From the human T2T-CHM13v2.0 reference genome, Homo sapiens: a stretch of DNA of 64,000 bases. Shown here one piece after another: positions 15,364 through 29,700 of this stretch. The stretch lies in the NCBI RefSeq assembly GCF_009914755.1, contig NC_060928.1. One strand, given 5' to 3'. Position 1 is the first letter of the stretch; each line of letters begins with the position of its first letter. The position numbers and the translations under genes were made by a program. The notes below the pieces were generated by a model. The model was given only the letters and a program-made list of their open reading frames with translations. It did no database searches and was not told the origin of the DNA.

Positions 15364-17753
15364 GGCATTTTTACATCTGGCAAAATTCTGAAAGAAAATG
15401 TATGAAACCAAATTACAACATGTTCAATCTTATAGTTACATTTTGAATTCAAGCAATGAAAAAAAAGTGGCCATTAAGTTCCATGAAATAAGTTATTGTG
15501 TTGTTCCATACAGGATAGCAAAGGATAGGAAAAAGTAATGAAATTTAGCAAAGCCTATACCCCAGTACCATTGCCCAAGGAAAAAAGGAGCAGAGGAAAG
15601 AAAAAAAATTGCTAGATGAAGACAGAAAAAATTGAGAAAGCTTGAAAAACAAAAGTTGCTAAGATTAGATGGTCATTATTTTGCTTCTTTTCTCCTCACC
15701 TTATATCATCATGGAATTCATGGAGAGTAGATAGTTTGGAATAAATTGAGAGCCTAATTTGATTTGAATCAATACCTGTGACATCCTGTGCATTGCTCTG
15801 AATTAGGTATTTTTGAAGACAAAAAATAAACAAGGCTTCATAGAACATTCACTATATCCAAGATAATGAGCTGTGCACAAAAGAGTAACACAAAACACCC
15901 GTGTCGATTAGTGCCATGGTTGGAAAAAGAGCCTATGGGAGCAAAAAGGTTTAATTCTTTTTAGGAGTATCACAGACTTTTAAAATGGGATCATATGTAA
16001 TTAGGACTCTGATGATTGTGTAGAATTTGTATAGGTGGAACTGGAGCAGAAGGGAATCAAGAGAATCCCGGAAATATTAAAATGGAGGGCAGGTCTTAGG
16101 GCAGGTGCTTTTTGTGGGCAATAAAACTGGTAATTCAGATCAAAAGGAAATATGGACATTCTGAAGGTCTTCGGAAGGCCTTGTTGAAAGATATTGTATT
16201 ATATTGGTTACAAACTCTTGCAGAGATCTGATTAAAGCTGTTGCTTCTCATGCACATATGCACATTCAGTAATGTTTTGCACACTGTTTCATCGTTTCAC
16301 AGAAGGCCTTGAGCTATCAATAAGTCTTACTCATAGGCAATGGGAAATCAATGAAAATATGAAAGTAAGTTTCTAAGAGCACACATTTTCTGATAAACTG
16401 CAAGCAATTTCTTTGTTTCATGTGAAACTCATCATCACCATCTACAACTCTGGATACAACATGGACTTAAAATTGCAATGGTCTTCCCAGGTGTGAAAAG
16501 ATTAAAACATTTCTCTGGAGAGTTTTATGCAACGCCAAGGGTAAATACTTTTAAGAAGTAAATATCATCTATGTGAGCATATATCTCCCATTCTGCATTT
16601 GTAGAAAGAGCCCCTCTGATAAGTGTGCTAGTTTAAAGGAACATAATATACGTATTTTGAAAGCTGAGAAAAATGACAGAGTTTTGTTCCTCTCACGTTA
16701 TTTGCATAAAGGGATTTTTATCACACAGACATTTCTAGAATTAGAAAAGAGCTTTCACAGATTTTACCCTTTGAAAATGACAATATCTAATCTCTTTGCT
16801 TTCATGAGCCTAGCCTGCATTGCCAAATAACTCAGGAGGGAAATAGTAAACTATTTTTCACAGATCCTCAATAATAGATGAGATATGAAATGAATTTCAT
16901 GGAAGTTGAACACCCTGGAGGTTATTAGTTTGCCATAATATATAGCATTATTCTGACATCATATCATTATCATTATTATTTTTTTCTGCAACCAACCTAA
17001 AACATTTGAAAAATTTATCAATTTTATCATTTATGAATCTTAATAAAGAATGTGTGTCTTTTTCTTAAAACTGTTAAGCTATGACAGTCATTTATATTTT
17101 AAGTTATACATGCATGCACTGAATATTTAGTATGGCAACTTGAAGTATATTAGAGAAATAGTTAACCAACATTTAGTTAATATAAGATACACTTTTTAAG
17201 AGCAAGGAACATGTACACAATTAATGCATCAAATTATTGACATAAAAATAAGTAATAATTTACACAGGAATTATCAAAGGTTTAATTTTAAAGTCAAAAT
17301 GTATAATAAATAGTGATCATTTTCTAAGTGTTATGCTTGGGTGCTAATATATTTTTAATATTAGTATGTATATATATGTGTGTTTTTTTTTTTACATTAG
17401 GTTAATGAGAGAACTAAATATGCATATTTAATCTCTAAAAGGTTCAACTTGGAAATTCTCTTCAGTATTTTCAAGCAATCCTCAGTGTCAACTTTTAAAA
17501 GTTGGGAATTGAGGATCTTATCTTTTATTAGCAATTTTTTCCTCAAAGACTCTACAAACCAGTATTAAAATGTTAACTAAACACAACAATATATATTTGT
17601 TAAAACTAATAAAACCTTGCACTTAAAATGGTAAAAAAAAATGTAAACCAAACATCAATAAAGCTGACTCTTAAAAAAGCGGGAAAAAATGAATCATGTA
17701 AAACTTTTAATGTACTTTAAAATAGATAAAAATATAGTTTGCAAATATCAGTA

Positions 17754-17992
17754 CAGTTTGAGCATCTCAAATCTGAAAATCTGAAACCCAAATCCAAAAT
17801 GCTCCCAAATTTGAAACTTTCTGAGAGCTGACATGATGCTCAAAGGAAATCCTCATTGCAGCATTTCAGATTTCAGATTTTCAGAATAGGAATGCTCAAC
17901 AGGTATAATGCAAATATTCCAAAATTTCCCCGAAATCCCAAATCTGAAACACTTCTGGTCTCAAGCTTTTTGGATAAGTGATAGTCAATCTG
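17754..17992 (+). mobile_element. Tigger4a/MER46A TcMar-Tigger MITE
   Basis: cagtttgagcatctcaaatctgaaaatctg...gctcaaaggaaatcctcattg...ttggataagtgatagtcaatctg; terminal inverted repeats; TA at left end. Confidence 0.9.
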
Positions 17993-19604
17993 CACAACCA
18001 TGAGCTAAGGAATTTTTTTGCCCACCCTAAAGCCCATTTTCTAAAGAGTAGTACAATTAGAACAAATTTAAAATTCTGTGTTTATCAATATTTTTTCTTT
18101 CTTGAAAAATGTTATAAGCATTAATTTCACTACCAAAAATCAGTCCATTAAAAATTAAACAAAAATTTCCTCTTTGGTTTTTGGTAGGAGATGTCGAAAG
18201 AGTTTTCTTGATATATTTACTGTATTTTCTTGTTTTCATCATTTAAAAGATTTATGGTTATTTGTCTATTTAGCTAGCAGATGGGAAGTGATTTTCTCAT
18301 GTTCTGTATTCATCACAGAATGACTGATCATTCCTATTTTCCCTCTATTTCAGAGAAAAACAAACAAAAAATAATTTTCATTATAGTTGTGCTACTTTCA
18401 TTACAGTGTTATTGTCAGAAGAACCCTTTACACTAATCCTAGATATGAGTCAAGGCACTGAATATCCAGTAAAATAAAATAGCTTTCTTGTACTGTCTCC
18501 AGTAGCCTAGTTTTGATTCTAAGCCCTTCTTCTGCTAACCAGCTGCACACAACTCTTCCTGCATTGTCTGACTCACTCTTCCCTCTCAGAATTCAATTGC
18601 CTGCCTTTTCGGCTGACCTCTTATTGATTCTGTGGTGAGACACATTGCCTGTCTTTGAGTTTCAGATAAGACCTTATTCTTCTATCGTAAGTGGCAAAAC
18701 TAAGACCAAAAAGCCAATGCCCTATAAAGGGTCTAAGGTGTGTTAGGATCCTAGGCACCTAAATCTGGTGTGAGATGTTCACAAGATTTCCATGCCCTTC
18801 TTTAAACATGGAAAGAGTAAGAAAGTGCTGACCACTGGCACTTGAATCACTTCATGTCCAATTCTCCCAATCCAACTATTAGGAATCTCATCCAGTATGA
18901 GACAGCTCCCCAGTTCAAGAACAAATGAGCCCACAACCCTCCCAAACCCATGTATTTTTTGGCTTCACTCCCGGGAGACAGCTCTGTCACAGCTTTCTTC
19001 TTCCCAATCAAAGCATAACCTATCTCACCTATTAGGAATAGTGGGATAATAGTAAGGAAATCCCAGTCTTTTCCTCAAAGCATCCCACTGGGACATTATT
19101 ACTTAGGCAAATCCATGTCCTCTACTCAAAGGAAGAAGGAGACCCCTTCCTATCATACATAGAATAGTTTACGAAGGAAGAGCCTATTTTAGAGTTTGCT
19201 ATTGTTCATCTTTACCCGTAGTATCATTCCTTTCAAGGACTCTAGATTTTAAGCTAGTTAAAACCACATTACTTTTGATCCTTTATATCAAACTCAAAAT
19301 AAATATGACTTAATGATATTCTGTTTGGTTCAATGTGTTGGTAACAGTTCTTTATTCTGATTGCTACTAAATATGTTGTTGAATTCCAGAAGATCCTGGT
19401 TAGCCATTCTTGAAATAACATACTCAATAGCATTAACTTGGATTCATCCATATATGGACATCTACTTTGAGTATGTGGTCTTTTATTGAGATACATCTGG
19501 AATACATTAGTTGTTCCATTAACTGACTGCCTACTTGTATATAAAGATATTACTTATGAAAATGTATTAAAACCTCTTTTAGTAACCTTTGTAATTATAT
19601 AATC

Positions 19605-19780
19605 TGCTTCTTACAAAAACTTTATGAGGCAGGTACTATTACTAATGCCCATTTTAGTGTTCAAGAAACTGAGATGGAGCTCTACTGAGTAAATTTCTCC
19701 AAGACATGCAGCTAATAAAAGGTTATGTTTGTATTTGAATCAAGAGTGTTTGGATCCAGAGCCCATGATTTTAACCGTGA
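19605..19780 (-). mobile_element. MIR
   Basis: tatgaggcaggtactattactaatgcccatttta...gaaactgag...tttgaatcaagagtgtttggatccagagccc. Confidence 0.75.
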
Positions 19781-20514
19781 CTCAAATTAACTTTAGCAGA
19801 TCTCCTGTCCATCTTAACTGAGACTCTTCCTATTTTTTGTCAGAACTTGACGAGATTGTATGACTCAGTTTTAATGGAGTCAGTCAACTTTCACTACTAA
19901 TTTCACTAGCCCACAGCATCTGAAATAGATAGATCCCACCAAAAGATATTCTGCCAGAATGTAAGGACATAGAAGAAATTTGAAATACTCAAGGGCTAAA
20001 ATTTGACAAACAGCCACTGCAGGGTGGAAACAAGATTTTCAAGTATTAAAATGTCAACCTCTTATTCTGACGCATGTATATCAGTAAGATTTAATATAGA
20101 CCTTCTGACTTTCTAGACCTCATCCCTGGAAGAGAGGGCTCATTGATCTTCCATCTACTTGTCATCAAATGCTTGAAAAATTATTCATAAGAACAGTGAG
20201 TTTGCAAAATATCTAGGTTGTAAAAGGTATTTCCTCCTTCCATATTACAACTTCTGAAAAGCAATATCATATCTTCAAGAATGAGTTACATCAAAAAGCG
20301 ATTATTCACAGAGGCCATCCCTCATGCCATTCTTATAGATTACACCTCTAGAGAAAGTAAAAACTCTTATCCATTGTGGTTTAGGAAATTTCTTTCTGTA
20401 TGTTCCTCAGTCATTTTATCTTGTCCCCTTCAGCCAGCTTGTAGGTTCTCGTTGTTTTTGTTTTGTACACCACCTTCTCCACCATTAGTAGAATATTTAC
20501 CTTATTGTCTTAAC

Positions 20515-20751
20515 CCACAGTTTCCCAGTCTCAGCACTAGTGACATATTGAGCTGGATAATTATTTGTTGTGAGGGGACTGTCTTGAGTATTGCAAGATT
20601 TTTAGCAGCACCCCTGGCCTCTACATAAGGTGCTAGCAACGCTACTCTCTCCCCACCCCCAAGTTATGACAAGTAAAAATGCCCCCACTCATTGCCAAAT
20701 GTCCGTTGGTGAGGAGGGCGGCAAAAATTACCCTCTGTTTGAAAACTACTG
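20515..20751 (-). mobile_element. MER20 hAT-Charlie MITE
   Basis: ggataattatttgttgtgaggggactgtc...tttagcagcacccctggcctcta...cattgccaaatgtcc...ggcaaaaattaccc...gaaaactactg is the reverse complement of recalled MER20. Confidence 0.9.
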
Positions 20752-22338
20752 ACATAAAGCATGGAGAAAGTTGTTTCCTAAGAAGATATATAAGATCACT
20801 TACATAGCTTTCAGCTTTAAATTTCCCTTCAAGGAGAACTTAATAAAAGATAGTGTTAAAGTACGTGGGCAATAAGAGGCAGTTATATACCTGAAAACTG
20901 ACCATAGATTTGGGATTCAGACTGCCTGCCTGGGCCTGAACTCCAATTCTAGCAGCTAGTAATTACATGAAAGTTCACCACAGTTTCCTCATCTGTAAAG
21001 CTGAAATAATGACCTTGTACTGATTATTTTCGTTTGCTCCTCCAGATTATCTCCACCCTTGTCTTCCCTGACTGGGAGGCTGACCCACAGGACTAATCTT
21101 ATTTTTCAGAAAAGAAACCTGAGATTCTATGACCTTAATAAGGAGTTTTTCTGAAATTACAAAAGTTGTATATGGGAGACTTGGGCTTCATAGCTAGGAG
21201 CACTGTCCTAAAATTAAACAAGCGCTCACAACACCAATGACTAACTTCCTGTTTTAATAATTCTACTAATTAGGAAAGTTTTAATACCCTTTATTTCATT
21301 TTGAAGATACTTCCATAACTGTACTTACTCCTGCATATACTTTCTATTAACTCTCAAATATTTGTGTAAAGATTGTTATCATTCTCCTTTAACAGATGAA
21401 GAAACTCAAGCCACAAGCCTTTTTTGTATGCTCTCCTATCCCATGAACATTCCCTTCAGCCTCTGCTTGATTTGTTTCCTCCAAACATTGGGCTTTAATT
21501 CTAGCTGTCACTTCATCAGAGAGCTCTTTTGTGGTTATCGTGTCATCTAGAGTCAGTTTCCCTTATTCCTTATTTATTCCCTGTATAGCACTTATCTACA
21601 ATCTCGAATTATTTTATCTACACAGGTTTTTCTGCTTGCCATTCTACTCTCCAGCAGAGGAGACAGAGAATATAGCTGTCTACTTCACGTTTGTCTCCTC
21701 TGTGCCTAGCTTGACAACAGAGAGCAATATGTGATTATTTAATGAAGAGTCATACATCTAAGAAATGGTAGTCAGGAACTGAACTCAGATCTTAATGAAT
21801 GAAAAGCAAAACTTGAAATCACTATGGCTATTTCCTTTTATAATCTGAAGGAATCTCTAATCCTAAGAATATAAGGGCAGACAAGGAATACAAGCGTCTC
21901 CACCAGTCTTCCCACATCACTTTCACAGTTGATTTTTCTCTCACTGTTGACCATCCTCTCTTCCAGCACCCTCAACTATTGGTCAATTTTATTGTACCAT
22001 TTCCAAATTACATAACTAGTCCATTCACTTACTTTCATATTCATTGCTAACTTAGCTCAAGATAATGTCTTTATTTTTTATGCTATAACACAGTCTTCTT
22101 ATTGATTTTTTTTTGTTTCACTCTTTCTCTCGATATCTTCTCCACAGAACAGCTGGTAGAAATTATAAAGAAAAAAATCGTAACATTGCCTTAAGGAAAA
22201 ATTCTCAATCATTTTCCTTTGCAATTAGAATAAATATAAAAATCATTAGAATAACCAACAAAATCGTATTCTCTGATATTGCTTTCTGCACTCCCCCTCA
22301 TTTACCTCTTCTCAGTGTTCCAGCCTTTTTAAAGTTTT

Positions 22339-22632
22339 GTTTGTTTGTTTGTTTGTTTGTTTTCTGAGATGGAGTCTCACGCTGTCGCTCAGGCTGGAGT
22401 GCGGTGGCGCGATCTCGGCTCACTGCAAACTCTGTCCCCCAGATTCACGTGATTCTTGTGCCAGTAGCTGGGACTACAGACGTGCGCCACCACGCCCGGC
22501 GAATTTTTTGTATTTTTAGTAGAAACGGGTTTTCGCCTTGCTAGCTGGTCTCGAAATCCTGACCTTAAGTGATCTGCCCGCCTCGGCCTCCTAAAGGGAT
22601 GGGATTACAGGAGTAAGCCATGGCGCCTAGCC
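22339..22632 (-). mobile_element. AluS with (CAAA)n tail, inserted in an L2 relic (~21890-22945)
   Basis: Reverse-complement Alu; TSD cctttttaaagtttt (22324-22338) / ccttttttaagtttt (22633-22647). Confidence 0.95.
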
Positions 22633-23059
22633 CCTTTTTTAAGTTTTTTGAGCAAGACAAGTTCAATCCTTTCTTTGGAATCCTGATCATTGTGTGTTAG
22701 GCTGCCTCATCATTCAAGGAAAGTTCTGCTTTCCCCAACTACTGTCCCTAAGAGCAAATAGTCCTTTTTTTTTTCTTTATGGCATTTATTTGCTACTGAA
22801 ATTATTTATGTTTCATGTGTACCACTCCACACCAGAGGTTTTAGAATTTTTCCTAGATCATAACTGTATTTGCAGTTCCTGGAACAATACCCGGTGCGAA
22901 GTAGACCCCCTAAATTTAAAAAAAAAATCAGTAAATGAATAAAGATATTTATTCTGGACTTTCACAGAACTTTTAGAATAATGGCTCAGTATCATTACCT
23001 TTTATTCTTATCTAAAAATGTTTCTAAGAAAAACTCAAACCTAATATGCTGGAAATAGG

Positions 23060-23580
23060 CAGGAGCCTTTCCACTGCAAATGACACAAACTCAACTCAAA
23101 CTACCTTAGACTAAAATGTAATTTTTCAGCTCTAGTGTCTGAAATACCCAAAAAGTGACGTGACATTCAACCCGGACTTGAAGTTAAAACACTGTTGGCT
23201 GCTCCTCTTTCTCTCTCTCTCTCACTCTCTCTTCCCCTGCCTCTTTCCTCTTTCTCCCTCTCCTTTTAATTCTCTGTTAACTTTATTTTTAGATCGTATC
23301 TCTATAATTAGTATTAATATGACCGCAAGCTACCCCAGGCTTACAGTTAGTGATCTCAGGGTAAAGAAAGCAGTCCCCTCTCACACGGTGTACATAGAGG
23401 TGCTCCCAATTTATTGTTTTGCTCCACCCCAAAATATGAGCCCATCTCAATAATGGAGGAAGTAGGCATATCCTTGTGTGACAATCCCAGCAGAACCACA
23501 TAGAGAGGAAGAGGAGGACTGGCTCAAAAATTAAAGCTCAGGAAAGAAGAAAGTGCACTTAAAGGCCACCAAGCCATAAT
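23060..23580 (-). mobile_element. MLT1J-like MaLR LTR (degenerate)
   Basis: aactcaactcaaactaccttaga..., atgaccgcaagctaccccaggcttaca, gaaccacatagagagg motifs. Confidence 0.5.
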
Positions 23581-24140
23581 GTGCCCTTTTCAGTGGCTTA
23601 TTGTAGGAAACATGCCAGCCGTTCAAAGCCACCTACAATAAGCGAATCTGAGGTTAAACTAACGTTGGAAAGACAGATCCAGGTGTATTTCACCTTCCTT
23701 CTGATCCTGGATGGTGACATAACTGGTTCAGCCTTTAGGATAACTGTTCAACTTGGGTTGAACTTAGCCATGAGGCAAGAAAGTATGGAAATTTTAAATG
23801 TTCTAACTAGTTTATGCTCCATTTCACACTCAGTGATATTAAATGAGACATGAGAGATGAACAATGCAGTTGGTTCTTCATTAAACTGTTATAGCCTTTT
23901 CTATTTTAAACTTTTATAGGCTTATATCTATTTGTAGATGTGCAGGTGAATACTTGCACATTTCCTCTGACATATGTGGAGAATAAACAAATACCCGTGA
24001 TGGTAAAGATACATTTCTTCATTCTAAAGATATCAATTATCAATATGTAGATTCTGGATGGTATAAAACATTAATCCCTAGTTTGCCAACATTGGCTAGA
24101 ACATTTTCTAAAGAAGCCTACCAGTTTAGGGGGATGTAGA

Positions 24141-24678
24141 CAGTATTCCCCCCTTATTTACGGTTTTGCTTTCTGTGGTTTCAGTTACCCACAGCCAACT
24201 GAGGTCTGAAAATATTAAATAAAAAATTCCAGAAGTAAACAATTCATATTCTTTAAATTGAGTAGCATTCTGAGCAGCACGATGAAATCCCATGCTGTCC
24301 TGCTCCATCCTGCGTGATACATGAATTATTTCTTTGCCTCAGAATATCCACCCTGTAGGCAGTAACCTGTCCATTAGCCGCTTAGTAGTTGTTCCTGTTA
24401 TCAGATTGACTTAGTGGTATCGCAGTGCTTGTGTTCAAGTAACCCTTATTTTACTTGTAATAACTTGAAAGTGCAAGAGTCGTGATGCTGGAATATTGTT
24501 TTACTATTGTTGTCGTTATTCTCTCACTATGCCTAATTATGAATTAAGCTTTACTATAGGTATGTATGTATAGGAACAAACATTAGTATATATAGGGTTT
24601 GGTACTATCCAGCATTTTTGGTATCACTGCAGGAGGTGGTCTTGGAAGGTATCTGCTGAAGATAATAGAATACAATTT
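24141..24678. mobile_element. MER44B-like TcMar-Tigger element
   Basis: cagtattccccccttatttacggttttgctttctgtggtttcagttaccc...gggtttggtactatcc...gtcttggaaggtatc. Confidence 0.88.
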
Positions 24679-25186
24679 TATCTTAACAATACAAATTCTC
24701 ACATAAACCAAAGGAGTCTAGGGAAAATAAGCCATATTTTAAAAAAATACTTAACTAAAAGATCTATTCCTCTAAGCTGCTTATCTGCATTAGTAACACA
24801 GGGGCACCAAACTGGAGATAGTAACTTTCTGAAAGAAAGTATGTTTTGAGGACCCTTGGAAAATAAAAAAAATACATGTTTTGGGAAGAAAAATCCTGCC
24901 AAACAGCCAAAACAATATAGTATAATGAGACAATTATATTATTGACCAAGTTTACATAAAATTTGATTCTTTACAACCACCACCACCATAGAAAGAAAAG
25001 CTTACATTGGACACTACATTTAATTATGAAATATAGAAAAGATTCAAGTAGAGATTGTTTTAATGATGACTAACATTGTAATTTTAATGAAGAGAGTTTC
25101 TCTTGACTTAGAGCTTTCTTACTACTCTTTATTCTAGTGTGTCTTAAGCTATTACATTGGCAAAAAAATTATAAGAAAATAGGATT

Positions 25187-25598
25187 TGATGTAGTTTGAT
25201 TGCGTGTCATGGCCCAAATCTCATGTTGAAATATAATCACCAATGTTGGAGGTAGGTCCTGGTGGGAGTTGGTTGGATCATGGGGGCAAATTTCTCATGA
25301 ATGGCTTAGCACCTTCCCCTGGGTGCTGTCCTTGCGATAGTGAGAGAATTCTCTCAAGATCTGGTTATTTAAAAGCATGTGGAACCCTCTGTCTCGCTCT
25401 TGTCCCTGCTTTCACCATGTAACGTACCTGCTCTCCCTTTGCCTTCCTGCCTGATCATAGTTTTCTGAGACCTCCTCAGCAGCAGATGCCACTATGCTTC
25501 CTGTACAGCCTGCAGAACCTTAAGCCAATTAAAAACCTCTTTTCTTTATAAATTACCCAGTGTGGGTATTTTTAGCAATGGAATAATAGGCTTATATA
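25187..25598 (+). mobile_element. MSTA/MSTB solo LTR (ERVL-MaLR)
   Basis: tgatgtagtttg...caaatctcatgttgaa...tatgcttcctgtacagcctgcagaacc...ttctttataaattacccag. Confidence 0.92.
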
Positions 25599-26134
25599 GA
25601 TTTAATATATAACCAATCAATATAAAAATCTCAGTGAATTCACACTACCGAAAACTTACTTATTCTACATACATGGATTACCCTTTCCTTAGAGCTTCCT
25701 AAAATTAGATTAATGAAGGTAAGTAGAATCTGCTCTAATGATTCCACTCTACTTAGGAAATATGGGGAAAAAAACCATAAGAGGATTATTTACTCTTTGT
25801 TATTTTCAAACATCATTAAATCTCCTTCATATTGATGGGAGTAATAATTTAATAATAAATGCTATGAAATAAGCAGTAAAAACTGATTACTGTGTAATGA
25901 ACAAAAGTATATTTGTCAAATCCAGTAGTCCCTTTTTAGTTTTAATCTTAAAAATTTTAGTCGTTAATTAATTCTGATAACAATCTTTTTTTTTCTACCA
26001 TTCTTTTTCTTCTTTTCTTCCGTATTACTCCTTCTCTTATTTCCTTGCCTGCTTCTCTTGAAGCTTATTTTCTGTAAGTACAAATACTCCACCAGTTTAG
26101 GTTCCATCTTTGGCTTTTAAAATTCATCTATCTA

Positions 26135-26461
<327 letters not shown>

Positions 26462-26779
26462 CTATCTATCTATCTTTTGCCATTGAAATCCTATTTTGCC
26501 ACTTAACCACATTTTTTTTCTTCTTTCAGAACTTTATTTTTTCTTATTTTTTTTTTTCACTTCAAGTTCCGGGATACATGTGCAGAACGTGCAGGTTTGT
26601 TATACAGGTATATGTGTGCCTTGGTGGTTTGCTGCACTTATTGACCTATCGTCTAAGTTTCTTGCCCTCACCCTCCACCCCCAACAGGCCTGGTATATGT
26701 TGTTTCCCTCCCTGTGTCCAAGTGTTCTCATTGTTCAACTCCCACTTATGAGTGAGAACATGCGGTGTTTGGTTTTCTG

Positions 26780-29700
26780 TTCCTGTGTTAGTTTGCTGAG
26801 AATGATGGCTTCCAGCTTCATTCATGACCCTGCAAAGCACATGATCTCATTCCTTTTAATGGCTGCATAGTATTCCATGGTGTATATGTACCACATTTTC
26901 TTTATCCAGTGTATCATTTATGGGCATTTTTGTTGGTTTCATGGCTTTGCTATTGTAAATAGTGCTGCAATAAACATATATGTGTATGTGTCTTTATAGT
27001 AGAATGATTCATATTTCTTTGGGTATATACCCAGTAACAGGATTGCTGGGTCTAATGGTATTTCTGTTTCTAGATCCTTGAGGAATCACCACACTGTTTT
27101 TCACAATGGTTGAACTAATTTACGTTTCCATCAACACTGTAAAAGCATTCCTATTTCTCCACAGCCTCACCAGCATCTATGTTCTTGAATTTTTAATAAT
27201 TGCCATCTTGAATTTTTAATAATGGCATGAGATGGTATCTCATTGTGATTTTGATTTGCATTGCTCTAATGATCAGTGACGTTGTGGTTATTTTCATATG
27301 TTTGTTGGCCATGTAAATGTCTTCTTTTGAGAAGTGTCTATTCATACCCTTTGCCCACTTTTTGAAGGGGTTGTTTGTTTTTGTAAATTTGTTTCAGTTG
27401 CTTGTAAATTCTGGATATTAGACCTTTGTCCGATGGGTAGATTGCAAAATTTTTCTCCCATTCTGTAGATTGCCTGTTCACTCTGATGGTCGTTTCTTTT
27501 GCTATGCAGAAGCTCTTTAGTTTAATTAGATCCCATATGTCAATTTCGGTTTCTGTTGCAATTGCTTTTTGCATTTTCATCATGAATTCTTTGCCCATGC
27601 CTATATCCTGAATGGTGTTGGCTAGGTTTTCTTGCAGCCATCTTGGGTTAATTTTTGTATAAGGTGTAAGGAAGGAGTCCAGTTTCAGTTTTCTGCATAT
27701 GGCTAGCCAGTTATACCAGCACCATTTATTGAATAGGAGATCCTTTCTCCATTGCTGTTTTTTGTCAGGTTTGTTGAAGATCAGATGGTTTAGATGTGTG
27801 GTGTTATTTCTGTGGTCTCTGTTATGTTCCAATGATCTATATGTCTGTGTTGGTACCAGTAGCAAGCTCGTTTGATTTCTGTAGCCTTGTTGTATAGTTT
27901 GAAATCAGGTAGCGTGATGCCTCCAGCTTTGTTCTTATTGCTTAGGATTGTCTTGGCTATACGGGGTCTTCTTTGATTCCATATGAAATTTAAAGTAGTT
28001 TTTTCGAATTCTGTGAAAAATATCCACGGTAGTTTGATGAGACTAGCACTGAATCTATAAATTACTTTGGGCAGTATGGCCATTTTCACAATATTGATTC
28101 TTCCTATCCACGAGGATGGAATATTTTTCTATTTGTTTGTGTCCTCTCTTATTTGCTGAGCAGCAGTCTGTAGCTCCCCTAGAAGAGGTTCTTCACATCC
28201 CTTGTTAGCTGTATTCCTAGGTATTTTATTCTCTTTGTAGCAATTGTGAATGGGAGTTCATTTATGATTTGGCTCTCTGCTTGCCTACTGTTGGTGTATA
28301 GGAATGCTTGTGATTTCTGCATATTGATTTTGTATTCTGAGACTGGTGAAATTGCTTATCAGCTTTAGGAGATTTTGGGCTGAGATGATGGGGTTTTCTA
28401 AATATAGAATCATGTCATTTGCAAGCAGAGACTATTTGACTTTCTCTCTTCCTATTTTAATACCATTTATTTCTTTCTCTTGCCTGATTGTTCTGGCCAG
28501 AACTTCCAATACTATGTTGAATAGGAGTGGTGAGAGAGGGCATCCTTGTCGTGTACAGGTTTTCAAAGGGGATACTTCCTACTTTTGCTCATTTAATATG
28601 ATATTGGCTGTGGGTTTTTCATAAATATATCTTATTATTTTGAGATATGTTCCATTAATTCCTAGTTTATTGAGACTTGTTAACATGAAGGGATGTTGAA
28701 TTTTATCAAAGGCCCTTTCTGCATCTATTGAGATAATCATTTGGTTTTTGTCTTTGGTTCTGTTTAGGTGATGGATTACATTTATTGATTTGCATATGTT
28801 GAACTAACCTTGCATCCCAGGGTTGAAGCTGACTTGATCATGGTCAATAAGTTTTTTAATGTGTTGCTGAATTTGGTTTGCCAGTATTTTATTGAATATT
28901 TTTGCGTTCATGTTCATCAGGGATATTGGCCTGAAGTTTTCTTTTTTTGTTGTGTCTCTGCCAGATTTTGGTATCAGGATGATACTTACTTCATAAAATG
29001 AGTTAGCCCTCCTTTTCAATTGTTTGGAATAGTTTCAGAAGGAATGGTACCAGCTCCTCTTTGTACCTCTTGTAGAATTTGGCTGTGAATCCACCTGGTC
29101 CTGGGCTTTTTTTGGTGAATAGGCTATTAATTACTGCCTCAATTTCAGAACTTGTTATTGATCTATTCAGGGATTCAACTTCTCTTAGGTTTAGTCTTGG
29201 GAGGGTGTATGTGTCCAGGAATTTATCCATTTCTTTTCAATTTTCTAGTTTATTTGGTAGAGGTGTTCACAGTATTCTCTAATGCTAGTTTGTATTTCTT
29301 TGGGGTCAGTGGTGATATCCCCTTTATCTTGTTTTGTGTCCATTTGATTCTTCTCTCTTTTCTTCTTTATTAGTCTAGATAGTGCTTTACCTATTTTGTT
29401 AATTTTTTCTAAAATCCACCTCCCGGATTAATTGATTTTTGGTAGCTTTTTCGTGTCTCTATCTCCTTCAATCCTGCTCTGATCTTAGTTATTTCTTGTC
29501 TTCTGCTAGCTTTTGGATTAGTCTACTCTTGTTTCTCTAGCTCTTTTAATTGTGATGTTAGGGTGTTGATTTCAGATCTTTCTAGCGTTCTGATGTGGGC
29601 ATTTAGTGCCATAAATTTTCCTCTTAACACTGCTTTAGCTGTGTCCCAGAAATTCTGGTACGTTGTCTCTTTGTTCTCATTGGTTTCAAAGAAACTCTTG

